Numbered from the stretch's first letter, positions 29,240 through 38,823 are shown. The stretch is 64,000 nucleotides of DNA from an uncultured delta proteobacterium (GCA_963711565.1 CAVQEQ010000003.1:1120001-1184000); one strand, 5' to 3'. The notes: generated from the letters alone by a model not told the origin. Translations and numbers: made by a program.

Positions 29240-31054
29240 ATGGACAACACGAGTTCGGAACAGCGGATTGGCGACTATCGGTTGCTGTCAAAGATTGGCG
29301 AGGGCAAATCAGGCGTGGTGCACCTAGCAACGCCCGCAGTCACCAAGCCGTTCGCGGTTCCCGGACAGCCGGTCGCTCTCAAGATCTATCGTCCTGAAAT
29401 TCTACACGAACCGAATCAAGTGGACCGGATCGAGAATGAGGCGCGGGTCGGGCAGGAGATCGCGCACCCCAACGTCGCGAGAATCTACGAGCACGAGATA
29501 CTAAGAAATGCCACTTCCAAGGAGATCGACCAGGCATTCTTAGTGATGGAGTACGTGGACGGAATAACACTTCACAAGTGGCTCTCGATGTTTCATCGGA
29601 TTTCCGACCGCTTGTTGCTGAGGATATTTCGCCAACTGGTCGATGGCACCAACGCGCTACACGAAAAAGGCGTGATCCATCGGGACATCAAGCCCACGAA
29701 CATCCTCGTCTCTTCGACTTTCCAGGCGAAAATTACCGACTTCGGCGTGGTTAAGGTTAAAGACACGCCGCCTGGCGGGAGCACTCCGGAAGACAAGTTC
29801 CTCGGCACAATACGCAACGCGTCACCCGAACTTCTTTTTGGAGAAAAGTTCGATCATCGCGCCGACCTCTATTCACTTGGAACTGTATTGTTCGCGCTGC
29901 TTCATGGCGTTGAGATTTTCGCCGCAGAGAATCAGTTCGCTCGACTCATTGAACTCAAGAAACATCAAGATCCGGAGTTCGATACGGCATTCGCCGGCAA
30001 GCCGATCCGCAGTAGGCTTGCGGCTCTCGCGAAGAAGTTATTGAGTCGCGACCCAATGGAGCGGCCCGAATCGGCCCAAGCCGTCCAGCAGGAAATCGCG
30101 GAGATTGAAAAACTTATGCCCACGGGTGAGGACGAGCCCGAGCCCCTCCATGGTTACATCGCCACGGCATTGACCGGATTGGGTCCAGACGTACGCGAGG
30201 CCATAGTTTTCGCTTCACATTCCATCGTGGCAGAGTGTAAGGAACACGAGCTCTACGTATATCAGCCTCGACTAGCGTCCGATCCCGTCTCTCATTCAGA
30301 CGTGAGCGCCGAGGAGGTTTATCGATTGGATCGGGGTCGAGTGGTCGCGGCCGATGTCCTTTTCGTGTTGGCCAATCAGCCTAGTCTCGGGGTCGGACAG
30401 GAGATTGAGATCGCTTCAAGCTATGGCAAGCCGACGATATTGATAGCGCGTGAAGGAGTCACGGTTTCCCGGATGACCAAGGGTAGCTATGCGAACTTGA
30501 TCGGTGAGATCACTTACGCCTCGCCCGAGGATCTTCACAAAAAACTCGGAGAGCTGCTGCGGACCAACATCGGAAGGCTGCGTTCACTCAGGGCGGGTCT
30601 CAATGTCCGCGCCGTGACGCCACTTGCCGATCGATTTTCAGAGGCTCGGAAGGCCGCAGGCTATTCGCTGGCAGAGGCTGCGATGAAGTGTGGAATTTCT
30701 CAGGCACTCTTGCGCGCGATCGAGAACGGGCAGAATGATAATTTCGGAATCGTGATCATCAACAAGCTGTGCGTTCTATATGGCATTTCTGTAGACGAGC
30801 TCCTGAAGACCGAGCCGGTCAGGGCGAAGCCTACAGGACCTGATCCGAACGTGCGCCGGTTGGAGAGCGTTGCACGACGCTTAAGCTGGCCGACCACGGA
30901 TCTTCTTGAGCTTCGCGATGAATATTCCGCAGAGCTAGCGGCTTCGGGTGCTCACACAGACATCTCTGAGGAAGAGTGGGAACAACGGCACGCTGCATCA
31001 CAGAAGCAGAAGCTCAAAGAAGCAACTCATCAAAAGAAATTCGAGGGTTTTTGA
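29240..31054 (+). CDS. Ser/Thr kinase - NDT/DNPH1-like N-glycosidase - XRE HTH fusion protein
   Basis: GEGKSG, VALK, HRDIKPTN, DFG, SPE, DLYSLG; then GYIA..D...AD...PSLGVGQE..GKP..SRM; then Cro/C1-type HTH ending YGISVDELL. Confidence 0.88.
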   Translation: MDNTSSEQRIGDYRLLSKIGEGKSGVVHLATPAVTKPFAVPGQPVALKIYRPEILHEPNQVDRIENEARVGQEIAHPNVARIYEHEILRNATSKEIDQAFLVMEYVDGITLHKWLSMFHRISDRLLLRIFRQLVDGTNALHEKGVIHRDIKPTNILVSSTFQAKITDFGVVKVKDTPPGGSTPEDKFLGTIRNASPELLFGEKFDHRADLYSLGTVLFALLHGVEIFAAENQFARLIELKKHQDPEFDTAFAGKPIRSRLAALAKKLLSRDPMERPESAQAVQQEIAEIEKLMPTGEDEPEPLHGYIATALTGLGPDVREAIVFASHSIVAECKEHELYVYQPRLASDPVSHSDVSAEEVYRLDRGRVVAADVLFVLANQPSLGVGQEIEIASSYGKPTILIAREGVTVSRMTKGSYANLIGEITYASPEDLHKKLGELLRTNIGRLRSLRAGLNVRAVTPLADRFSEARKAAGYSLAEAAMKCGISQALLRAIENGQNDNFGIVIINKLCVLYGISVDELLKTEPVRAKPTGPDPNVRRLESVARRLSWPTTDLLELRDEYSAELAASGAHTDISEEEWEQRHAASQKQKLKEATHQKKFEGF

Positions 31055-31056
31055 TC

Positions 31057-31878
31057 GTGGACGCAACTCACCGTCGCTTCGAGACGCTATTCGACAGCAT
31101 CCGCCATCGTCGAGGCAGTTGGCGAGCCACGGTTGCTGAGAAACTGCGAATGGTTAGACTTGCTGTCCAAGAGGCTGGATGCGGAGCGGTCCCTACAGAT
31201 CTTACGCGTCTCGCTCGGCACCTTCGCGTTGTGAAAATTACCGAAAGATCGCTCACGATGCGCGGGCGCATCCTTCGCTCCGAGCTGGGTTACGAGATCC
31301 AGATAAACGAGGAACTACCGGATACATCGAAACGCGACGTTCTCGCGCACGAGCTTTCTCATCTGGTTGTCGAGGATAGAAGTATTGCGACTTCGAACAG
31401 GCTCAATCGCGAGCGCAGTGATTTCGCTTCCTCCTACGGCTCCGTTGAGAAACTATGCGACGAATGCGCGTTCGAGATACTGTTGCCACTTGGCTGGCTG
31501 CGCGATAGGTTGCGCGGCACTCGACCGTCCGCCGAGGTCTTGCGTAACATCGCAGAGGCTGCGGGATGCAGTGTCGAATACGCAGCCAAGCGGATATGGA
31601 CCGAGGCACTGTGGGATTGCAGATTTTCGGTTTGGCAGAGCGCAGGGGATAGAACATTTGCGTTGCGGTCCTACCCGCCCGAGCCGGCTGAGACGCTCGC
31701 GTCATGGGCTCTTGAGTTAGCTGCTAAATCCGCCCCGTCCTCGCTGTCCCCGCATGGCAATCAGAGCCTTCGTGAGATCTCTGCGCGATTCGAATGTATG
31801 GGCGTTCGACGCACCGTGGCTTGTCTTGTGGAAGAATCAACGGTTTTGGTCGTTGACCTAGGCAAATCAAAGCCTTAA
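31057..31878 (+). CDS. ImmA/IrrE-family (M78) Zn metallopeptidase
   Basis: PTDL..LA, IQIN, AHELSH (HExxH), E..CD..A..ILLP, IAEAAGCS; GTG 2 bp after the upstream stop. Confidence 0.88.
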   Translation: MDATHRRFETLFDSIRHRRGSWRATVAEKLRMVRLAVQEAGCGAVPTDLTRLARHLRVVKITERSLTMRGRILRSELGYEIQINEELPDTSKRDVLAHELSHLVVEDRSIATSNRLNRERSDFASSYGSVEKLCDECAFEILLPLGWLRDRLRGTRPSAEVLRNIAEAAGCSVEYAAKRIWTEALWDCRFSVWQSAGDRTFALRSYPPEPAETLASWALELAAKSAPSSLSPHGNQSLREISARFECMGVRRTVACLVEESTVLVVDLGKSKP

Positions 31879-31962
31879 CCCGGAGCGTGCTTCAGCATCG
31901 TGCGCGCGCGTGCAATAGCCTGTGCGCGATGCTATTTCCTGAGTCAGGCGAGGTGTTTCTTC

Positions 31963-33381
31963 ATGCCATTCTCTGACGATCTCTTTTTCGCTCCCGCTCA
32001 TAAACTTGCTGCGATGTTGCGCGCGCGCGACGTTTCCTCGGTGGAAATGGTCGACGCGTTTATCGAACGGATCGAGTCGGTGAATCGCGGCCTCAATGCC
32101 GTCGTCACTCTGGTCGAGGATCGCGCGGGGCGCGAGGCTGAGGAGTCCGACCGGCGTCTATCGGGCAAAGGCGAGATTCGCCCGCTCGAAGGCCTGCCGA
32201 TTACGATCAAGGATTCGATCATCACCGAGGGCGTGCGCTCGACCTGGGGCATGAAGCATTTCGAGCATCACGTCGCCACGCAGGACGCGCCGACGGTGGC
32301 GCGGCTGCGTGCGGCCGGTGCGATCGTAATCGGAAAAACCAACACTCCCGAAATGACGATGGACTACGACTGCGACAATCCCGTCTTCGGACAGACCAAC
32401 AATCCGTGGAATCATGAACGCGTGCCCGGCGGCTCGAGCGGCGGCGAGGCGGCCGCGCTGGCGGTCGGGATGTCGCCGCTGGGAATGGGCTCGGACTATC
32501 GCGGATCGATCCGCGTGCCCGCGCATTTCTGCGGTATCGTCGGGCTCAAGCCGACGTGGGGAACGATTCCCGGCAACGGGCATATGGCGCCGAGCATTGC
32601 GGCGCCTCCGCCAATCGCGCACATGGCGACAATCGGTCCGATGGCGCGCTACGTCGATGATCTCACGCTCGCCTACAACATCGTGAAGGGGCAGCATCAC
32701 AGCGCGCCGTATACGGTGCCGACCGCAGACGCGCATCCGGAGAACGTGGATCTGAAGAAAGTTCGATGCGCGATCTTCACCGACGCGTGCAATGTGCCGG
32801 TCACGTCCGACATTCGCGCCGCGATTGAGCGCGCCGGCCGCGAGCTGCAGAAGATGGGTATCGTCGTCGAAGCCGTGAAGCCGCCGGTCGATGACGGCGA
32901 GCGTTTGTGGTGGGCGTACCAGAGCGCTGACGGCGGTCAGCTGGCGCTGGAAGAATTGGGCGAGGCCGTGAAACTTTCGCGCGAGCGGCTGCGGAGCGTG
33001 ATGGTCGCGGGCGAGGCCAAGTCGGCGGCCGAGTTCTTCAAGATCGCGATCGAACGCGACGCGTGGCGCGTGCAGTTGGCGGAGTTCATGGAACGCTACC
33101 CGATCATTCTCGGCCCGACGTTCTGCGTCACGGCGTTCAAACACGGTGCGACCGAAGTCGAAATCAACGGCAACAAATATCCGCACTTTCTCGCCGGCTG
33201 GCCGGTGGCGTGGGGAAATTGCGCGGGACTGCCGGGCGTCGTCGTGCCGTGCGGAAAAGATCGCGAGGGGCTGCCGATCGGATTGCAGATAAGCGGGCGC
33301 GCATTCGGCGAGGAAACCGTGCTCGCAGTCGCCAAGGCAGCGGAGACGGCAATGGGCGGGTATCAGAAACCTCCGCTGTGA
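31963..33381 (+). CDS. Amidase signature-family enzyme
   Basis: IKD, GKTN, PGGSSGG, GSDYRGSIRVPA, GLPIGLQ. Confidence 0.93.
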   Translation: MPFSDDLFFAPAHKLAAMLRARDVSSVEMVDAFIERIESVNRGLNAVVTLVEDRAGREAEESDRRLSGKGEIRPLEGLPITIKDSIITEGVRSTWGMKHFEHHVATQDAPTVARLRAAGAIVIGKTNTPEMTMDYDCDNPVFGQTNNPWNHERVPGGSSGGEAAALAVGMSPLGMGSDYRGSIRVPAHFCGIVGLKPTWGTIPGNGHMAPSIAAPPPIAHMATIGPMARYVDDLTLAYNIVKGQHHSAPYTVPTADAHPENVDLKKVRCAIFTDACNVPVTSDIRAAIERAGRELQKMGIVVEAVKPPVDDGERLWWAYQSADGGQLALEELGEAVKLSRERLRSVMVAGEAKSAAEFFKIAIERDAWRVQLAEFMERYPIILGPTFCVTAFKHGATEVEINGNKYPHFLAGWPVAWGNCAGLPGVVVPCGKDREGLPIGLQISGRAFGEETVLAVAKAAETAMGGYQKPPL

Positions 33382-33387
33382 GCGGGG

Positions 33388-33487
33388 GGAAGGGCAAATC
33401 AGTTCATTGCATGTGAAACCCGCCGTGGGTTTCACCCTTCCTTGGGCATCGACACCGTCGCGGGGGGTGACCCCTGCACCGGTGTTA
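33388..33487 (-). repeat. Repeat family A, full copy with a 15-bp insertion
   Basis: Minus strand: CCGGTGCAGGGGTCACCCC[CCGCGACGGTGTCGA]TGCCCAAGGAAGGGTGAAACCCACGGCGGGTTTCA...TGCCCTTCC. Confidence 0.88.
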
Positions 33488-34477
33488 TGCGGACTTCTCG
33501 GCCTTCTCGACTGCGTCGCTGTTGCGTTCGGCGCGTTCTCCCCGCGCTGGACGCTCGGGCTTGTCTCCCGTCTTGTCGCCGCGCGCGCGGGGCACGATGT
33601 TGCTCGTGGTCAGCACCTCGATAAACTTGCGCACCGCGGGCGAGAGCTCGCGGCCGCGTTTGTAGATGATCGCAAGCGGGCGCAGGAATGTGCCTTCCTG
33701 GAATTCGAGCATCCGCAGCGTGCCGCGCAGTATTTCGTTCTCGACCGTCATGCGCGGCACAATCGCGCATCCCAGGCCGATCTCGACGGCGCGCTTGATG
33801 GTCTCGATGTTGTCGAATTCGAGCACGTAGGTCGGCTTGACGCCGTGCTCGCGCAGGATTCGATCGGAGGCCTTGCGGGTCGGGATGTCGCGTTCGTAGC
33901 CGACGAACTTCTGACCCGCCAGCTGTCCGACATTTACCTTCGAGTGTTTCGCGAGCGGATTGTCGGGCGGCACGGCGAGCACCAGTTCGTCGTGGCGAAA
34001 CGGCACCGACACGATCTGGCTGCGCTTGGCCGGGTAGGCGACGACGCCGAGATCGACTTTGCCCTCGATGAGATCTTCGTAGATCTTGTTCGAGCGCAGA
34101 TACTCGAGATGCACGTTGACCGCCGGATAGTTGCGCAGAAATTCGGTCAGATAGGGCGGCAACTCGTGCAGGCCGACGCTGTAAACGGTGCCGACGCGGA
34201 TCGCGCCGGCGACTACCGAGCCGATCTCGCGCAGCCTATTTTCCAATTCCAGAAAACGGCGCACGATTTCCTTGCTGGCGGTGTATAGAATCTGGCCGGC
34301 CGGTGTGGGTTTGACTCCGGCTCGTCCGCGTTCTATCAATCGGCAGTCGTACTTTTCTTCCAGGCTTCGGACCTGCTGGCTGACCGCCGATTGAGTAACG
34401 AAGTTTTGTGACGCGGCATAAGAAAAGCTTCCGCTCTCGATTATGTCGCAGAAGACCTTTAGCGTTTCGATGTGCAT
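33485..34477 (-). CDS. LysR-family transcriptional regulator (CysL/CmpR-like)
   Basis: SFS.AA...VTQSAVSQQVRSLEE HTH; ETIKRAVEIGLG. Confidence 0.95.
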   Translation of the reverse strand: MHIETLKVFCDIIESGSFSYAASQNFVTQSAVSQQVRSLEEKYDCRLIERGRAGVKPTPAGQILYTASKEIVRRFLELENRLREIGSVVAGAIRVGTVYSVGLHELPPYLTEFLRNYPAVNVHLEYLRSNKIYEDLIEGKVDLGVVAYPAKRSQIVSVPFRHDELVLAVPPDNPLAKHSKVNVGQLAGQKFVGYERDIPTRKASDRILREHGVKPTYVLEFDNIETIKRAVEIGLGCAIVPRMTVENEILRGTLRMLEFQEGTFLRPLAIIYKRGRELSPAVRKFIEVLTTSNIVPRARGDKTGDKPERPARGERAERNSDAVEKAEKSA

Positions 34478-34715
34478 ATTGCTGGCTTGACGTATAAGGC
34501 TACGTGATACTTAAATCGGAGGCAACTAGTAGGCGCGATAAGAGAGTTTTCGCCTCGAACCAGCGTGCGGAACGAATCGGCGCGGGTCAAGAGGGGGCAA
34601 TACCGAGAGCGATATTTTAGTCATCCTTAAGAACAATCAACCCGGACGGAATTTTGGCGGTTAGAGGCCCCGAATTTGGATTTGAACACCCTTCAGAAAT
34701 CGCATGGAGCGCAAG

Positions 34716-35885
34716 ATGTCGGATTTATTAAGAGACCTCGACTTTTTTCACCTCGACGACCTGCTGACCGACGAAGAGCGAATGGCTCGCGACACGGCCA
34801 AGCGGTTCGTCGATCGCGAGATTCTGCCACTGATCGAGCGCAATTTTGCGAGTGAAACCTTCCCAATGCATCTCGTACCGCAAATGGCGGAGCTTGGGAT
34901 GTTCGGAGCTAACCTGAAGGGCTACGGATGCGCGGGCATGAATAACGTAGCCTACGGCCTGATCATGCAGGAGCTCGAAGCTGGAGACTCGGGGCTGCGG
35001 TCGTTCGCGTCGGTGCAGAGCGCGCTTTCGATGTACGCGATTTATGCAAACGGCAGCGAGGAACAGAAGCAGCGCTACTTGCCGGAAATGGCGAAGGGAA
35101 AATTGATCGGATGCTTCGGGCTGACGGAACCGGACCACGGCTCGGACCCCGGCGGGATGGAAACGCGGGCGCGCCGCGACGGCGACGGCTGGATTCTCAA
35201 CGGGACCAAGCGATGGATCACGAACGGCTCGATCGCCGACATCGCGATCGTGTGGGCGAAGGTCGATGAGGGCATAACCGGCTTCCTGGTCGAGAAGGGG
35301 ATGCCGGGATTCTCGACGCGCGACATCCACGGGAAATTTTCGATGCGCGCGTCAATCACGTCCGAGTTGATTCTGGAAGACGTGCGAATTCCGAAGACTG
35401 CGCATCTCGAGAAAGCGCGCGGGCTGAAGGGTCCGCTCGGATGCCTGACGCAGGCGCGTTACGGAATCGCGTGGGGCGCGATCGGCGCCGCGCGATCGTG
35501 CTTCCATTGCGCGCTGGACTATACGAAATCGCGCAAACAATTCTCGCGTCCGCTGGCGGGCTATCAACTCGTGCAGGCGAAGTTGGTGAAGATGCTGACC
35601 GAGATCACCAAGGCTCAGATGGTTTGCCTGCGTCTCGCGCATCTTAAGGATCAAGGCAAGATGCGTCCCGAGCACGTGTCTTTCGCGAAGCGGAACAACG
35701 TCAACGAGGCGCTGAAGATCGCACGCGACGCTCGCGACATGCTGGGCGCCAACGGGATCGTCAACGAGTACCCGGTGATTCGCCACATGCTGAATCTCGA
35801 GACGGTGAATACCTACGAGGGCACCTTCGACGTGCACACGTTGATCCTCGGCCGCGACATCACAGGCGAGAACGCGTTCGAGTAG
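34716..35885 (+). CDS. gcdH: Acyl-CoA dehydrogenase, glutaryl-CoA dehydrogenase-like
   Basis: DSGLRSFASVQS, FGLTEPDHGSDP, WITNG, ARYGIAWG, NTYEGT. Confidence 0.85.
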   Translation: MSDLLRDLDFFHLDDLLTDEERMARDTAKRFVDREILPLIERNFASETFPMHLVPQMAELGMFGANLKGYGCAGMNNVAYGLIMQELEAGDSGLRSFASVQSALSMYAIYANGSEEQKQRYLPEMAKGKLIGCFGLTEPDHGSDPGGMETRARRDGDGWILNGTKRWITNGSIADIAIVWAKVDEGITGFLVEKGMPGFSTRDIHGKFSMRASITSELILEDVRIPKTAHLEKARGLKGPLGCLTQARYGIAWGAIGAARSCFHCALDYTKSRKQFSRPLAGYQLVQAKLVKMLTEITKAQMVCLRLAHLKDQGKMRPEHVSFAKRNNVNEALKIARDARDMLGANGIVNEYPVIRHMLNLETVNTYEGTFDVHTLILGRDITGENAFE

Positions 35886-35948
35886 GCGTCGGCTCTTACC
35901 ACGGTCGCTATCGGTCGTGCTAGAACTCCGAGTCAGGGAGAACTCACC

Positions 35949-36311
35949 ATGATTAAGGCAAAGGCGTTCAATCATGCGGCGTTTCGCGTCAGCAACGTCG
36001 AGAAGGCGACTGCCTTCTACGAAAACGTGATCGGGCTGAAGCGGTTGCCGCGTCCCAACTTCGGATTCGGCGGCGCGTGGTACGGGATCGGCAACAACGC
36101 GCTGCATATTATCTCGAGCGAGAACCGCGGCCAGAGGCCCGATCCGCTCGGCGCGCACGTCGCGTTCAACGTCGAGGACTTCGAGGAGACCAAGCGCACG
36201 CTCAAGGAAATGGGCATCGAGTTTCTCGAGGGGCCAAACATGGGCGCGGGCCGTCAACTGTGGATCCTCGATCCCGACGGCAACACGGTCGAGCTACGCA
36301 CGGAAAAGTAA
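35949..36311 (+). CDS. VOC/glyoxalase family protein
   Basis: NHAAF, FY..VIGL..LPRP, HVAF, DPDGNTVEL. Confidence 0.9.
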   Translation: MIKAKAFNHAAFRVSNVEKATAFYENVIGLKRLPRPNFGFGGAWYGIGNNALHIISSENRGQRPDPLGAHVAFNVEDFEETKRTLKEMGIEFLEGPNMGAGRQLWILDPDGNTVELRTEK

Positions 36312-37277
36312 ATGAGCTCACTTCGGTTCGGCCCGGACAATTCGGCGGCAACCTACGTCGCTCACGCGTACCCGGAGCATACGATCGACACCGGCGAGGC
36401 CGTCATCAACTACGCGGTCGCGGGAAAGCCCGACAAGCCCGCGCTGCTACTGATCCCGGGGCAGACAGAATCGTGGTGGGGCTATGAGAATGCGATGGGC
36501 CTGCTGCAGGAGCATTTCCAGGCGTTTGCGGTCAACCTGCGCGGGCAGGGAAGATCGAGCAGGACGCCGGGGCGCTACACCGTCGATAATTTCGGCAACG
36601 ACCTTGTGCGCTTCATCGCGCTCGCGATCGGGCGACCCGTAATCGTCAGCGGTCTTTCGTCAGGCGGCGTGATCTCGGCGTGGCTGTCCGCATACGCGAC
36701 ACCGGGCACGATCCGCGGCGCTGTCTACGAAGACCCGCCGCTGTTCTCCTCGGAGGTCAACACGTCGTGCGGACCGCCTATGCCGCAGACGATCGGGCCG
36801 ATCTTCAAGTTGATGAGCAAATACCTTGGCGACCAGTGGAGCGTCGGCAACTGGGACGGAATGCTCGAAGCGGCCAAGACCGAACTTCCCAACTGGCTTT
36901 CGCAGGCGATCGTCCCAATGATGTTCAGTGGCGACGGCCAAATCCCGCAGCGAATGAAGGAATACGATCCCGAGTGGGCGCGCGCGTTCTGGGAGGGCAC
37001 AGTATTCGCGAGCTGCGACCATGCGCGGATGCTCGCCAGCGTCAAATGCCCGGTGTTGTACACGCACCATTTCCGCTACGTGGACGAAAACGACGGCCAT
37101 TTGATGGGCGCCGCTTCGGACGTGCAGGCAAAGCGCGTGTGTGAGCTGGTCAAGCTCGCCGGCCAGACGATTGACTACCGGTCGTTCCCGCAAATGCCGC
37201 ACTCGATGCACGGCGAAGCGCCCAAACAGTTCGCCGATCTGCTCGTCGAGTTCGCGGCGAAGCTCGGGAAGTCTTAA
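36312..37277 (+). CDS. Alpha/beta hydrolase, ZenA (zearalenone lactonase)-like
   Basis: LRGQGRS, DNFGNDLVRFI, GLSSGG nucleophile elbow, LGDQWS, KEYDPEW. Confidence 0.85.
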   Translation: MSSLRFGPDNSAATYVAHAYPEHTIDTGEAVINYAVAGKPDKPALLLIPGQTESWWGYENAMGLLQEHFQAFAVNLRGQGRSSRTPGRYTVDNFGNDLVRFIALAIGRPVIVSGLSSGGVISAWLSAYATPGTIRGAVYEDPPLFSSEVNTSCGPPMPQTIGPIFKLMSKYLGDQWSVGNWDGMLEAAKTELPNWLSQAIVPMMFSGDGQIPQRMKEYDPEWARAFWEGTVFASCDHARMLASVKCPVLYTHHFRYVDENDGHLMGAASDVQAKRVCELVKLAGQTIDYRSFPQMPHSMHGEAPKQFADLLVEFAAKLGKS

Positions 37278-38704
37278 ATCCCTGCGAGCTTGCGCGCGTA
37301 CGCGGCGACCGTCTTGAAGTCGTACTCGCGGTAGGCCTGCAGCTTCTCGGCTTCGAAGCCGCCTTCCGCGTGCACCGCGAGCACTTCCTGGTAGCCCCCG
37401 AAATCCGACGACGTCAGATCGCCAATCAGGTTCAGCAGACGCAGCCGCTTCTCGGAGTCGAAGCCCTTCGCACCGCCCATGTATTTCAGCACGTAAGCGC
37501 GCGTCGCCTCGCTCGTGAGATCTTCGGCGGCCGGGCCCGTCACCAGCAGGCCGCCGGCGAGATCCTGCACGATTTGCACGGCCTGATGGTAATTGTGCGC
37601 GAAGTGATATTTCGCGACGTTGGTTAGCAACGTGTTCGGCACCGCGACGCCGTCCTCGTAAGTGCAGGTGCGCGCGGCATGCTCGATCAGTCCGCGCACC
37701 GTGGTGTGGTACGCCGCGAGATGCGTGAGCTTGTCGCGCACGTGACCCGCGCGCGAGATTCCGTTGGCCTCGGCGATCGCATGGCCGGCGCCCGCCATCA
37801 GTTCGAGCAGCGGCAGTTTGTACGACACCGCGGTGAAGCGATGGAATCGCACGAAGGTCAGCGCGAGCAATCCGGCGAAATCGATCTCGCCTTGGAGGAA
37901 CACGCGCTCCTTCGGCACGAACACGTCGTCGAAGACAGTCAGCGTCTCCATCATCTTGTGCCGCGCGCTGATCGGATGCTCGAAATCATTTTTATCCGAG
38001 CTCCCGTGCGGCGACGCGAGCAGCTTCAGCCCCGGCGTGTTGATCGGTAGCGCGAACGCGACCGCGTAAGCCTTGTCCTCGGCGCGCATCGCACGCGTCG
38101 GCAGCACGATCACTTCGTTAGTATTGGTCGAGACGCTGGTGTGAACCTTCGCACCGCGCACGACGATTCCGTCGGGACGCTCCTCGACGATGCGCACGTA
38201 ATAATCCGGATGGTCCTGCTGCGTCGGGCCCAGCGCGCGATCGCCTTTGACGTCGGTTTGCGCCACTGCCACAGCGAGATCGTTGTCGCGGCAATTGCGG
38301 TAGTACTTGCGGATGCGCTCGCGATACTCGGGCTTGCCGGCAGCCGCGAGCCGCTCGCCGATGATATGCAGCGCGAGGAGAGCGTCGGTGCCGATTTCCT
38401 TGATCAGCACCACCAGCGTCGCACCCTCGCGCGTCGAAGCCGCAATCAGCTCACTGCGCTTGAGCAGGTCGTCGCCATTCTGCGGAACGTGATAATAGCG
38501 GCTGTATTCGTCGGCGCCCTCTTTCACCACGGCGAGTTCGCGATACTTTGGATCGTGCGCCATCCGGTAGTCGAGCGCGGCATGCTCGACGGCGATTCCG
38601 ATAACGGGATGTGTCGTTACGTCCGCGACTTTTTCGCCGCGAAAGAACACCGCGCGGCCATCGCGCAGCGAGCTTTTATATTGTTCCGCCGTCCGTAGTG
38701 CCAT
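37274..38704 (-). CDS. 4-hydroxyphenylacetate 3-hydroxylase-family (group D flavin monooxygenase) large subunit
   Basis: SLRDGR, AQTDVKGDR, GIVVRGAKVH, FDDVFVP.ERVF; lacks the Fe-S Cys of 4-hydroxybutyryl-CoA dehydratase. Confidence 0.85.
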   Translation of the reverse strand: MALRTAEQYKSSLRDGRAVFFRGEKVADVTTHPVIGIAVEHAALDYRMAHDPKYRELAVVKEGADEYSRYYHVPQNGDDLLKRSELIAASTREGATLVVLIKEIGTDALLALHIIGERLAAAGKPEYRERIRKYYRNCRDNDLAVAVAQTDVKGDRALGPTQQDHPDYYVRIVEERPDGIVVRGAKVHTSVSTNTNEVIVLPTRAMRAEDKAYAVAFALPINTPGLKLLASPHGSSDKNDFEHPISARHKMMETLTVFDDVFVPKERVFLQGEIDFAGLLALTFVRFHRFTAVSYKLPLLELMAGAGHAIAEANGISRAGHVRDKLTHLAAYHTTVRGLIEHAARTCTYEDGVAVPNTLLTNVAKYHFAHNYHQAVQIVQDLAGGLLVTGPAAEDLTSEATRAYVLKYMGGAKGFDSEKRLRLLNLIGDLTSSDFGGYQEVLAVHAEGGFEAEKLQAYREYDFKTVAAYARKLAGI

Positions 38705-38823
38705 CGTCGATTTATCCTCTTCAGTAATCGCGCCGCTATTGGCGTTCAGTTGCGACGCGTGCGAAACGCCAATATAGAAGCGGTGAGCGTTCGCTGTCCA
38801 ACAGCCTGCGCGGGAGAAGCGCA

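Noticed and set aside
29107-31960. Kinase-NDT cassette as a retron or prophage remnant
   Set aside because: No reverse transcriptase, msr/msd-like inverted repeats, integrase, tRNA or flanking direct repeats seen
37274-38704. 4-hydroxybutyryl-CoA dehydratase
   Set aside because: Lacks the Cys ligands for the 4Fe-4S cluster
38738-38775. Sigma-54 promoter
   Set aside because: GG-to-GC spacing is 9 on the plus strand, and the minus strand lacks TTGC
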